DNA of 64,000 bases, taken from contig CAXXGO010000003.1 in the NCBI GenBank assembly GCA_963666835.2, positions 416,001 through 480,000 of the forward strand, in the 5' to 3' direction. Source of the DNA: Phycisphaerae bacterium. GTDB taxonomy: Bacteria > Planctomycetota > Phycisphaerae > UBA1845. Below, piece after piece: positions 21,904-30,614 of this stretch. Under the pieces are notes generated by a model. That model saw only the letters and a program-made list of their open reading frames with translations. It ran no database searches and had not been told where the DNA came from. Within the stretch, counting starts at the first letter, position 1; each line of letters opens with the position of its first letter. The translations under genes were made by a program, and so were the position numbers.

Positions 21904-22493
21904 GGCCTGATCTCCGACCCGCATTCCGGGCAAACACCGCTGACGTTGCCGGTGAGGTTGTAGCCGCAGGCGATGCAGTAACCGGGCGGAGGGAGTCGAA
22001 ACCAACGGAGCTTCGCGATGATGGCGGCGATGAGCAATCCGATGTGCATGGGCAATATCGCGTAGATCGGCACGAAAAGGAAGATCATGCCGTCGTTCGG
22101 TCCCACCCGTGCGCCAACATAGATGGTACTCCAATAAGCGGCGTACACCGGCACCAACACGCTGAAGATCCCCAGCAACCCACACCACAGAAACAGAAAG
22201 CACTGTCTTCGCAACCGCTTCCTACTCAGCACGAGAATCCAGAGGGTCAGGCCGACGAAGGGAACGAGAGTCCAACCGAACGACACACCCAGTGTGCCAC
22301 GCATGCTCAGTGGCCAGCGGAGAACGTCCGCCGCAGCCGGAGCGAATGCTACCTTTCCTGCGACACACCGCACTGCCAGTTGAGCCAGGCCCAGGGTAAG
22401 CGTGCCCATAACCAATGGCAGCAGCATGAGGTAGATGCGTGTGGAGCCCGTCACTTTCTCCGAGTACCGGGTTGGAATGTGGACTGTGGGCAC
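21900..22493 (-). CDS. Membrane protein (about 4 TM) with C-terminal zinc ribbon (first array member)
   Basis: Ends PPPGYCIACGYNLTGNVSGVCPECG. Confidence 0.8.
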   Translation of the reverse strand: MPTVHIPTRYSEKVTGSTRIYLMLLPLVMGTLTLGLAQLAVRCVAGKVAFAPAAADVLRWPLSMRGTLGVSFGWTLVPFVGLTLWILVLSRKRLRRQCFLFLWCGLLGIFSVLVPVYAAYWSTIYVGARVGPNDGMIFLFVPIYAILPMHIGLLIAAIIAKLRWFRLPPPGYCIACGYNLTGNVSGVCPECGSEIRP

Positions 22494-23045
22494 CGCGATC
22501 TACCTCAAAGCAGTTTCGGCAAGAAACTCGCAGACAGAGAACGAACAGAGCCCAGGAGCCTCCATGCCGATTCTCTCCAGCGTCTGCGCTGCCAGCGGGA
22601 CAACGAGGTAGCCGCGGCGACGCGCAGATAATCCCCAGCATGATACCGAACCAGCCCCCTGTTCGCCAGCGCTATCCAGGATCGCCCAGCGAAAACTGCT
22701 CACGCGTCGGAGGGGGGTTAAGTCTAGATGGTACCGCCAGGATCGACCGGGGGGCGTGGTTCAGCTTTTCCAGGCCGATAGGGGGCCCACGTCTTTCGAT
22801 TCGCCCTTCCACACGTGCTTCGCCTTCGGCGCCGGCACCTTCGGGCGATGCCATAAGCGCGGCACGTTGCAGAGAGAAGGCGCCTTCATCCGGCATCGAC
22901 TCACCGCAAACAACGCGGAGACGAACCGGAAGGACATCGGAAACACCTTGAAAACAAGGGTGAAACACGCTCAGCGGATTACATTGGTATAGTGTCATGA
23001 CGTGGCATTTTTTTTGCGCAACCCACCGGTGGTATAATTTTCTTC

Positions 23046-23074
23046 TTGCATTCCCCTAATTCGTGGGGTATGTT
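23046..23074 (+). promoter_or_regulatory. Sigma70-like promoter of the ArdC operon
   Basis: TTGCAT-17 nt-TATGTT in an AT-rich stretch upstream of the operon. Confidence 0.45.
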
Positions 23075-23155
23075 TGTTGTGTTGAATGAGAAGTGGTCCC
23101 GCGATGCTACCAACATCCGGGACCGTGGCCAACACCTACTGGAGAGGTATTGACG

Positions 23156-24013
23156 ATGGAAACTGTAGCAAGAGAATCGACGAAGGACAAGGCGAAGCGA
23201 CTCCGTGAGACAATCGACAAGAGCCTAGACACACTGGCCAACGCGGTTGACGCGGTTCGCGCTTCGGAGACGTTTCAAGCATATCTGGCGATTCAAGCCA
23301 AGTTTCACCGCTATTCTTGGCACAATTCGCTTCTAATCCTCTCGCAATGCCCGAACGCTAGCCACGTTGCCGGGTTCAAGGCATGGAAGACCAAGTTTCG
23401 GCGTAGCGTCCGCAAGGGCGAGCGCGGAATTATGATCTTCGCCCCACGTCCCTACTCGAAAGAGATCGAGAACGCGGACGGGGAAACCGAAACGGTTAAC
23501 GGCGTGTCCTTCCGTGCCGTTCATGTCTTCGACGTTTCGCAAACCGACGGGGAAGACTTGCCGAGCGTCGACTGTCCGACAATCGACGTTGCAGCCGATA
23601 CGCTGCTATCCAATCTGCAAGCGGTTGCCACGAATCGCGGAATCGCCCTGGAATTCAAGCGGATTGACGGCGGAGTCTTCGGTGTAAGCAAGGGCGGTTC
23701 AATCGAAGTCGACAACACGCACGAAACGGGACAACAGGCAAAAACGCTCGCCCACGAGCTAGCCCACGAAGCCCTACACAAGACAAACCGGGGCGCGTTA
23801 ACCCGCAATATGGCGGAGCTTGAAGCCGAATCGGTCGCCTACGTGGTTTGTGCTCACTTCGGTCTTGACGTCGAAGTCCGAGCAAGTCGCTACATCGCCC
23901 TTTGGGACGGAGACTCGAAAGCCCTGCGCGAGAGCCTGGACCGAATCAGCAAGACCGCACGGGAGATTATCGACGATGTCGAAACCCTCAAGACCCGAAA
24001 GGCGGTGGCATGA
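23156..24013 (+). CDS. ardC: ArdC-like ssDNA-binding (DUF1738-type) domain plus zincin (MPTase/ImmA-like) domain
   Basis: FHRYSWHNSLLI, VAGFKAWK..RSVRKGERGIMI, VFDVSQTDG; then TLAHELAHE (HExxH) and ELEAESVAYVV. ATG 23156 follows GGAGAGGT. Confidence 0.85.
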   Translation: METVARESTKDKAKRLRETIDKSLDTLANAVDAVRASETFQAYLAIQAKFHRYSWHNSLLILSQCPNASHVAGFKAWKTKFRRSVRKGERGIMIFAPRPYSKEIENADGETETVNGVSFRAVHVFDVSQTDGEDLPSVDCPTIDVAADTLLSNLQAVATNRGIALEFKRIDGGVFGVSKGGSIEVDNTHETGQQAKTLAHELAHEALHKTNRGALTRNMAELEAESVAYVVCAHFGLDVEVRASRYIALWDGDSKALRESLDRISKTAREIIDDVETLKTRKAVA

Positions 24014-24270
24014 TGAAGGCTATCGACCTTGACGCCGCATTGGCTATCGCCCGGTCCGATCGGCCGTTGAACATGGACGACTTATCGATCTTCGACGGGT
24101 TCGGACTAGCGGACTTCAAACCCGTGACATGCACTATCGAAGCGTTGGCAATGCTAGTGCGTTGGCAGTGTGTCTGCTTCGACGGTTCGATCGACGCTGA
24201 GAATCTCCTAGAGATAGCTACGGTAGGCCGACACCGCTTCACCGTGCTTTCCGGAAAGGCGGTGGCATGA
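24010..24270 (+). CDS. Hypothetical protein
   Basis: ATGA coupled to the ArdC stop; ends in KAVA like its neighbours. Confidence 0.65.
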   Translation: MMKAIDLDAALAIARSDRPLNMDDLSIFDGFGLADFKPVTCTIEALAMLVRWQCVCFDGSIDAENLLEIATVGRHRFTVLSGKAVA

Positions 24271-24548
24271 TGACCGGGCCGAGACGAATAAGAGCCAAGT
24301 ATGCTGGAAAGTGTCGGGATTGTGGCGGTGAAATTCGCGTTGGCGATTCGGTTTACTGGCAACGCGGACACGGGGCAAGGCACGTCGACTGCGAAACCGC
24401 TCGATTGCGGGATAGCGTCTGCCCGGTGTGTAGTGGACATGGGGCAAGCTGGAACGGTACACCGTGCCGGTCTTGTGACGCTACGGGTAGCCGGGAGGTT
24501 TACGAATTCGCCAAGGCCGGGGGACATCCGAGAAAGGCGGTGTCCTAA
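24267..24548 (+). CDS. Small zinc-binding protein (AKYAGKCxxC...H..C plus DnaJ-like CxxCxGxG)
   Basis: CRDCGG, HVDC, CPVCSGHG, CRSCDATG; coupled start. Confidence 0.7.
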   Translation: MMTGPRRIRAKYAGKCRDCGGEIRVGDSVYWQRGHGARHVDCETARLRDSVCPVCSGHGASWNGTPCRSCDATGSREVYEFAKAGGHPRKAVS

Positions 24549-24742
24549 TGAAACTGTCAAAGGCCACAAGCCGAGCAATCCGCCGGAGTCGCCAGAGCGA
24601 CGAACCGGTCTACGTGGTCTTCGATCCGACTGAAGACTGCAATCACGCGGACGCCTACTTCGTGACCGACGATGTAGGCTTGGACACTTACTACGCCGGG
24701 ATAATCCCGACTGCCTGTTACCTTGGGGGAACGCCATGCTAA
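24548..24742 (+). CDS. Hypothetical protein
   Basis: TAATG overlap with the upstream gene. Confidence 0.55.
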   Translation: MKLSKATSRAIRRSRQSDEPVYVVFDPTEDCNHADAYFVTDDVGLDTYYAGIIPTACYLGGTPC

Positions 24743-25425
24743 GCGAACGATACCGACCGCAGACGTGGGAAGACTTCATCGGCCAGCCGATTATCGACGA
24801 CATCCGGGAAGCCTGCGCCGACGATTGGCTGTTTGAGGGTTGCGGCGAGCGCTGGTTATTCGAGTCGGACGGGATTGCCGGTTGCGGCAAGACTAGCGCG
24901 GCCTACGTCACCGCTCGCGCTCTTGGTTGCTCCGATATGAGTATCGAGCGGATCGATAGCCGGTCCGTGTGCGTCGCGGACTTCCGTGCCCTGGAAGCGT
25001 CGATGTATTGCTTCGCTATGGGCGGATCGGGGCGACGCGCCTTCATTGTCGATGAGATTCAACACCTTAATAGAGATTGCCAGCGCCTGTTACTGGGGCT
25101 TCTGGAGAATCTGCCGAATCACGTCATCGTCATCGGGACCACGACAAGCACAACGTGGGCGAGCGAAGTCGACGGACTGGCCAGTCGGTGGCGCCGGTTC
25201 CGGTTCCGCAAACCCAGCGCTCCGGCCGTTGCTGAGCACCTGGAGCGAATCGCGCGAGAAGCGAACCTACCGATTCCACCAGGTTTCCGGTTCCTTTCCT
25301 ACGTTCAAGGCAAGTGTGGAGTCGATCTGAAGGGCAACAACATCCGGGACGCTATCGACCAGCTTCCCGACACGCTCCGTAGGTACAAGGGCAAGCCGGT
25401 CAAGGCGGTTCACGTAGCCGCCTAG
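24736..25425 (+). CDS. Clamp-loader clade AAA+ ATPase (DnaX/RFC/RarA-like), ATPase module only
   Basis: LSERYRPQTWEDFIGQ, GIAGCGKTS (Walker A), IVDEIQHL (Walker B), LLGLLE, ASRW in place of SRC. Confidence 0.8.
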   Translation: MLSERYRPQTWEDFIGQPIIDDIREACADDWLFEGCGERWLFESDGIAGCGKTSAAYVTARALGCSDMSIERIDSRSVCVADFRALEASMYCFAMGGSGRRAFIVDEIQHLNRDCQRLLLGLLENLPNHVIVIGTTTSTTWASEVDGLASRWRRFRFRKPSAPAVAEHLERIAREANLPIPPGFRFLSYVQGKCGVDLKGNNIRDAIDQLPDTLRRYKGKPVKAVHVAA

Positions 25426-25445
25426 GCGCGGGGAAGGAATAGAAT

Positions 25446-26138
25446 ATGAACGCTGTAGGATACACGCGCGTAAGCACGCAAGAACAGGCGAGTAGCGGGC
25501 TCGGGCTGGAAGCGCAGGCCGAGCGGATCAAGGCCTACGCAACGCTCAAGGGCTTGTCGCTGGCCGAGATAATCGTCGATGCCGGAGTATCGGGCGGGAA
25601 GCCGTTGGCCAGCAGAGAAGGCGGGAATCGGCTGCTGGAGTGTCTCCGGGAGCGCCGCGCCGGAGCGGTGGTCATGTTGAAGCTCGATCGAGGGTTCAGG
25701 AACGCTGGCGACTGCCTGAACACCGTGGAGCGTTGGGACCGGAAGGGAATCGCCCTGCACGTGGTCGACTTGGGCGGGAATGCGATCGACACGACATCGG
25801 CGGCCGGGAGGTTCATGCTGGTAGTCTTGGCCGGCGCGGCTGAGATGGAACGCAACCTCACCCGCGAGCGAACCAAGTCCGCCATGGCCGTGAAGAAGTC
25901 GAACGGCCAGAGAGTCGGGACGGTACCCTACGGTTACGATCTTGCCGAGGACGGGATAGCGCTCATCCCGAACGAACCCGAGCAGGCCGTAATCCGGGAC
26001 ATACAGGCTATGCGGGCGAGCGGGAACACCCTCGTGGCCATCGCCGAAAAACTGACGGAACGCGGCATCCCTACTAAGACGGGCAGGTCGAAGCAGTGGA
26101 GTCACTCGGCGGTAGTGCGGATACTGAAGAGGGAGTAA
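25446..26138 (+). CDS. Serine recombinase (resolvase catalytic domain plus short recombinase-type DNA-binding domain)
   Basis: VGYTRVSTQEQ (catalytic Ser), DAGVSG, KLDRGFRN, AEMERNLTRERT, PYGY, IAEKLTERGIPT. Confidence 0.9.
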   Translation: MNAVGYTRVSTQEQASSGLGLEAQAERIKAYATLKGLSLAEIIVDAGVSGGKPLASREGGNRLLECLRERRAGAVVMLKLDRGFRNAGDCLNTVERWDRKGIALHVVDLGGNAIDTTSAAGRFMLVVLAGAAEMERNLTRERTKSAMAVKKSNGQRVGTVPYGYDLAEDGIALIPNEPEQAVIRDIQAMRASGNTLVAIAEKLTERGIPTKTGRSKQWSHSAVVRILKRE

Positions 26139-26387
26139 GTATGAGGCGAAATCACAGGTGCATGCACGTCGTCCTTCCGAGACCCACCATTCAATCCCCT
26201 CCCCAGGCAATGAGCAACTCACTCAACGCCCACAGGGGCGATCTGCGCGATTGGAGGCATTTGCCCACAAGATAGGGCGATCGTCCAACACAGGGCGATT
26301 CTGTGCGAATGAGCGGCGGCTGAGGGCGAGTCGATACGCGATTCAGATCCCCAATGTGCCCCATGAGTCTATACACACACAAGAATC

Positions 26388-26424
26388 CCCCGACAGGCGA
26401 GCATGACTCACCCGCCTGTCGGGG
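26388..26424. terminator. Strong hairpin between convergent genes
   Basis: CCCCGACAGGCG-13 nt-CGCCTGTCGGGG, a perfect 12-bp stem. Confidence 0.55.
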
Positions 26425-26558
26425 TCAGCAGTTTCAGTTATATGGCGAGCGAGGGGGCTCCACCAACACTATCATTGCGGCCCTTGCCGCAAGTCCCGGT
26501 CGGCTTGGCGACGTTCTTAGCGCCCCGCCACTCCATCGCGACCTCGCAGCAATCCTGT

Positions 26559-29500
26559 TCACGGGCAGTCCGCCGGATCGCTAAACGGATAGGGCTCGCC
26601 CTTGAACCCGGCCACGCCCTGTTGGACGTCGGTCATGTTCACAATCTTGTTCGGCACCTCGCCATCCAAGTCGGCCCAGGTCAAATGCGGCGCTGTTTCC
26701 GAGCCGGAGAAGCTCTGGAGAATCGCCTGGATGTCACTCATGTTGACCACGCCGTTGGGCTGGTTCCACGTCCCCGAAAAGTCCCCCACAATGTCCGCCC
26801 AGTACTTCACTCCTGGTCGCGCGATCGTAGCGAGTGTCACTGGATCGACGAAATCAACGCCGTCGAAACTACCCCAAACTTCGTACGTTGTCGAAGGCCC
26901 GATCCGGCAATCGCCGATGTGCACAACTGTCGGCCACCTATCCAGATACACCGGCGCGCCTACGATTCGAGAGATGTCGTGCTCGTCCGGCTCCCCCACC
27001 CAGCCGATCTCTCCTACTGATCCTGGCCACGATAGGCTCTCAACTATCTCCACACGCAAAGCGATCGCATAAGGCCAATATTGGGTCACGAGAGAAACGT
27101 ACCGATTCTTTGTCGCCTCACAATCATCCGGCACGTCGTTCACGTTGTAGTCGTCTGCATTCCCAGATGCTATATCACATTCATCCGGCACACCGTTAGC
27201 GTTGCAGTCCCCCGCTAGGTCGAACGAGATCTCACATTCGTCCGGGATGTCGTTCGAATTGCAGTCTTCCGCTCCGTTGTTAACGGCATTGTCAATGACT
27301 ACCGAGGCCAACGCGAGATTCCCCGCGTCATCCCTGGCGAGATAGTGCACTGTATACACTTGCCCACAGCTCCCATTGCACTGCGCGCGCAAATCGAAAC
27401 TCCGATCGTCCGTACCAAACACAGCCCCAACCACATCGCCCTCTACCCAATCCCACGCCCCCTCAATGCTATGAAGTATGACTTCCGGCGTATCATCCGT
27501 CTCATCGTTCACGGTCACGTCCATATAGACCGCAACTAGACCACCGTCACACGAACTGATCCCGCCCGGGACGGCCGTGACTGATATTATGGGCGGCGTC
27601 ACGTCCACCGGCACTGTAATAGGCTCCGTGGGAAGCTCTATGACCTGCACTTCGTCGAGCAGGACCGTTGTCTGCCCTCGATCCTCTACAATGAGCGTCA
27701 CCAGTGCGTCTGGGGCCGCACCGGTCTCGGGGATGACTGAGATCAAATAGGTGCCGCCTAGCGGTACTGCAATGCGTATCTCATCATCGAGATCCCCATC
27801 CCCATTCAAATCCTCTTCTATGTAAATGGCCTCACCAATCTCGTTGATAGCCTTTCCTATCACATCTCCATTCGGATCCACGATTGAGAGATCCACCGGG
27901 CAGGTTGTCTGGGCGACGATTCCGCCATCATAGATCGGGTAGAATCTCGTTACGCCCAAGACTTTGATAGGGTTTCCTCGACCCCATTTCCAGAACTCCT
28001 CGTTGCCGATCATCTGAACCGCCCCCTGTTGGCCCATTTTTGCATCCGAGTTGCCATCCTCGAACCCATCGCGCACAGCAAACCACTTGTCATTGTTCAC
28101 GTCCACGTAATACCCATAGGCGACGATACTGTGGCCCAGATTATGCTCCCCCTCATAGTCGATGTGCAACTTAACAATGACAGGACGTCCCGCATCAATC
28201 TCCGCTTTCAGGATCCCGAAGTCGGACCACCGTTCATACACTCCATGGAACGCAGTGTCTTCCCCTTGGTTGTTGACGAAATCTGAGAGGAAGCGGAGAT
28301 TTTCGGACAGCGTAGAGCCACAGCCAAGCAGCCACTTCGATGTCCGAATGAAGTCCGAAAGACAGTTGTAGGCTCCGCAGTCACCGCCTTCACAACGGCA
28401 GGCGCAGTGGCTATCGGATGTGATGCTACTCCGAAAAGCGGCGACAAAAGGTTCGGGCGCGAACGGGGGAGTGGAATCCGCAAATGGATGAGGACCTATC
28501 CCGGGAGCGCGCCCCCCGGGAAAGATGTTCTCATACTTGCCAGAAGGATCGCGATCCCACCATCCGAGGACGACAGCTGCTGCATTTGGCGTACAACCGC
28601 CAATCGATCCGGGGCATTTGTATGCCCAAGAAGAGCTGTATCGGGGAACTGCACGGAAACTCTCGCGATCACCCCAGATATACTTCGCACCCGTAGTGTC
28701 TGGTGGTATGGACACCGCATTAAGCTCAACTCCAACTGGGCTGTTGACGGCTTCGGCACTGTCAATCCGAAGACCGGCCACATTCTCTCCGGACGCTCCC
28801 CTCGCGACGGTGACTATGTGCGTCCTTTTCTGACTCGGGCCAGTGGATGACCCTTCAGTTGGAAGCACGTCAACAGACGAAAACCCGCCATGTCTTGCGG
28901 CCGTATTGAACAGGCGTTCCACTATTTCATAATGCAGGGTCCCGTCGCCAGAATTCCAGACCTCAAACTCAAGCGACGAATCGACGCCACCGAAGTCCAG
29001 GATGGGTTGATCCAGTGAGGTTGCGATGACGGGACCAATGCAATCCTCCGGGCAATTGGCGGAGTCCTCACCGGGTTCACACATGCCATTCCCGCAATCA
29101 GGGGCCGGGGGGGGCAGGGCGATGCGAAAGCCACCGCTGTGGTACTCGCTCGCGGGTGCACCGGGGTTGTCGCGGTATGCCGCCGTCAGGGACTCCGGAA
29201 CGTGGAAGTAGGTGTACGAGCCGCCACGAAAGCCACGAAACGTACCAACTACCGTTTCATTCCACTCCCACATGTTCCCGCCCTGATCGTAGCTGCCGTA
29301 AGGGCTGCTCGAGTTCTCCCATTCTCCGACTCTCGTGCTGTAGAATGGGCTGCCGATGCCATAGTCGCCTCCGTCACCGTCATACGTCGCGTAGTTGCCG
29401 GGATCGGTTCCGCCTTCCGCGAAGGCAGTGCCAGCCGGGTACAGATTACCGCTGTCGTTTACGTAGCCCGGAACGCTATCGCTGCTCGTGGGATAGTCGA

Positions 29501-30131
29501 AGTAGTTGCCTGTTGCCCCGTCGTTGTAGTGATACGCCGCCTTGTACCACTCATCCTCCGACGGGATTACCCACGTGGCGTCTGGCTCGCGGACGACTGC
29601 CATTAGCTCGGCGTTGCTCATCGCTCCGTTGAGGTAGTATGTTCCGTCTTCCGTAGTGTTCTGGTTCTGGTCTCCAACCGGCTGCCCGTTGTGCAGCCAA
29701 TTGGCGAACCGAGCAGCATCGCCCCAAGAAACGAAGTTCACTGGGCGGTTCTCCCAGTCAGCTTCCGTCCCACTCGGACGCCCGCTGAAATCGTACGTGT
29801 AGCTTCCGCTGGTGCCGTGCCGCGTGATTTGGCAACCCTTAGAATGGTCATCCATCTCCGCGTTGTATAGCCCGTATGTGTCGTCCGCCGCCACAGCATT
29901 AAGAAACTCGCAATACTGCCCGGCCGTCACCTCGAACTTGCCAATCTCATAGACGTAGTCGACGGCCCCACAGATGCGGTCAGGACCCTCGCCGCCCGCT
30001 CCTGTACCCGACAGCTCCCCGGCATTCCCCGGATTCCCGATGGTTACCGTTTCGATGACGACGTCGGCCTGAACCACCGAGACGAAAAACACCGCCAACA
30101 TCAACGCTAGAACGAAGCCGAAACGCAACAC
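26559..30131 (-). CDS. Secreted protein: FGE-sulfatase domain, BACON-like Ig domain, papain-like (C39/C10-like) peptidase domain, Ig-like domains, conserved C-terminal dockerin-like domain
   Basis: GTG 30131 after GGAGGG, then a signal peptide and FGE motifs. GGCTPNAAAVVLGWW...EIDAGRPV...GHSIVAYGY...VRDG gives a Cys-His-Asp triad. C-terminus is like 11846..16300. Confidence 0.85.
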   Translation of the reverse strand: MLRFGFVLALMLAVFFVSVVQADVVIETVTIGNPGNAGELSGTGAGGEGPDRICGAVDYVYEIGKFEVTAGQYCEFLNAVAADDTYGLYNAEMDDHSKGCQITRHGTSGSYTYDFSGRPSGTEADWENRPVNFVSWGDAARFANWLHNGQPVGDQNQNTTEDGTYYLNGAMSNAELMAVVREPDATWVIPSEDEWYKAAYHYNDGATGNYFDYPTSSDSVPGYVNDSGNLYPAGTAFAEGGTDPGNYATYDGDGGDYGIGSPFYSTRVGEWENSSSPYGSYDQGGNMWEWNETVVGTFRGFRGGSYTYFHVPESLTAAYRDNPGAPASEYHSGGFRIALPPPAPDCGNGMCEPGEDSANCPEDCIGPVIATSLDQPILDFGGVDSSLEFEVWNSGDGTLHYEIVERLFNTAARHGGFSSVDVLPTEGSSTGPSQKRTHIVTVARGASGENVAGLRIDSAEAVNSPVGVELNAVSIPPDTTGAKYIWGDRESFRAVPRYSSSWAYKCPGSIGGCTPNAAAVVLGWWDRDPSGKYENIFPGGRAPGIGPHPFADSTPPFAPEPFVAAFRSSITSDSHCACRCEGGDCGAYNCLSDFIRTSKWLLGCGSTLSENLRFLSDFVNNQGEDTAFHGVYERWSDFGILKAEIDAGRPVIVKLHIDYEGEHNLGHSIVAYGYYVDVNNDKWFAVRDGFEDGNSDAKMGQQGAVQMIGNEEFWKWGRGNPIKVLGVTRFYPIYDGGIVAQTTCPVDLSIVDPNGDVIGKAINEIGEAIYIEEDLNGDGDLDDEIRIAVPLGGTYLISVIPETGAAPDALVTLIVEDRGQTTVLLDEVQVIELPTEPITVPVDVTPPIISVTAVPGGISSCDGGLVAVYMDVTVNDETDDTPEVILHSIEGAWDWVEGDVVGAVFGTDDRSFDLRAQCNGSCGQVYTVHYLARDDAGNLALASVVIDNAVNNGAEDCNSNDIPDECEISFDLAGDCNANGVPDECDIASGNADDYNVNDVPDDCEATKNRYVSLVTQYWPYAIALRVEIVESLSWPGSVGEIGWVGEPDEHDISRIVGAPVYLDRWPTVVHIGDCRIGPSTTYEVWGSFDGVDFVDPVTLATIARPGVKYWADIVGDFSGTWNQPNGVVNMSDIQAILQSFSGSETAPHLTWADLDGEVPNKIVNMTDVQQGVAGFKGEPYPFSDPADCP

Positions 30132-30260
30132 GGCAGACCCTCCCAAAGAGTGAAACCCGCACAACCGGCAGGACGACGACGCCCCTCCAAGGCCGCGCGG
30201 AAGATGAGAGGTCAGCGTATCGAGGGTATTCCGGGCATGCAATAGCTGCAAAGTACTACT
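30132..30260 (-). promoter_or_regulatory. Conserved promoter/5' leader, copy 3
   Basis: TTCAGTAGTACTTTGC is identical to copy 1 and lies 120 nt before the GTG. The 3' part CCGGTTGTGCGGGTTTC...GGGAGGG is homologous. Confidence 0.7.
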
Positions 30261-30263
30261 GAA

Positions 30264-30614
30264 TCAGGCCGGTGCGTTGACCTTGTTGAGCAGGTCCATC
30301 GCCTTGACCTCGGCCCGCCAGGCCATCTGGGACTCAAAGTAAGCGAGCCACTCAGGCTTGTCGGCGGTGTGACCGCCCAGAGCTGCAGCCAGCGCGTCTA
30401 CGAGCAGCCGGATGTTATGCCGCGGAATCGTGAAGTACCTTTTCGTCGGATACCAGCAGTCATGTACCCGATGCCGGTTCCAGGTATGGAGATGGGTGTA
30501 CTCGCGCCCGCCGTGATGGCAGTTTTCAACGATCACCAAGCGACGATCGCCATCGCCCCAAGGGACTTCCGCGATGAAATCCTTGCGTGTACTACAGATG
30601 TCGACCTTGGCCAT
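30264..30614 (-). CDS. PC4/YdbC-like ssDNA-binding protein
   Basis: YTHLHTW...WYPTKRYFTIP...LVDAL resembles the PC4 pattern YVDIR.W....W.PTKKGI.LP. Confidence 0.5.
   Translation of the reverse strand: MAKVDICSTRKDFIAEVPWGDGDRRLVIVENCHHGGREYTHLHTWNRHRVHDCWYPTKRYFTIPRHNIRLLVDALAAALGGHTADKPEWLAYFESQMAWRAEVKAMDLLNKVNAPA

Larger units (their letters stand above)
23046..26424 (+). mobile_element. Small mobile-element module (ArdC/MPTase, small ORFs, clamp-loader-like ATPase, serine recombinase)
   Basis: Compact, translationally coupled + strand operon of MGE-type genes lying among - strand cargo. Boundaries are not defined. Confidence 0.6.

Noticed and set aside
17602..22493. Integron cassette array or CRISPR array
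   Set aside because: The repeats are protein-coding zinc-ribbon sequence, the genes overlap with no intergenic attC, and there is no IntI, cas gene or regular repeat-spacer period.
24736..25425. Chromosomal dnaX
   Set aside because: It is too short, has no zinc module or C-terminal domains, and sits in an MGE-type operon.
9950..29240. Diversity-generating retroelement targeting the FGE/CLec domains (their RGG...GFR ends are variable and rich in NNC/NNT codons)
   Set aside because: No reverse transcriptase, no Avd and no template repeat differing only at adenines is visible in the window, and the domains are internal. A remote DGR cannot be excluded without a genome-wide search.
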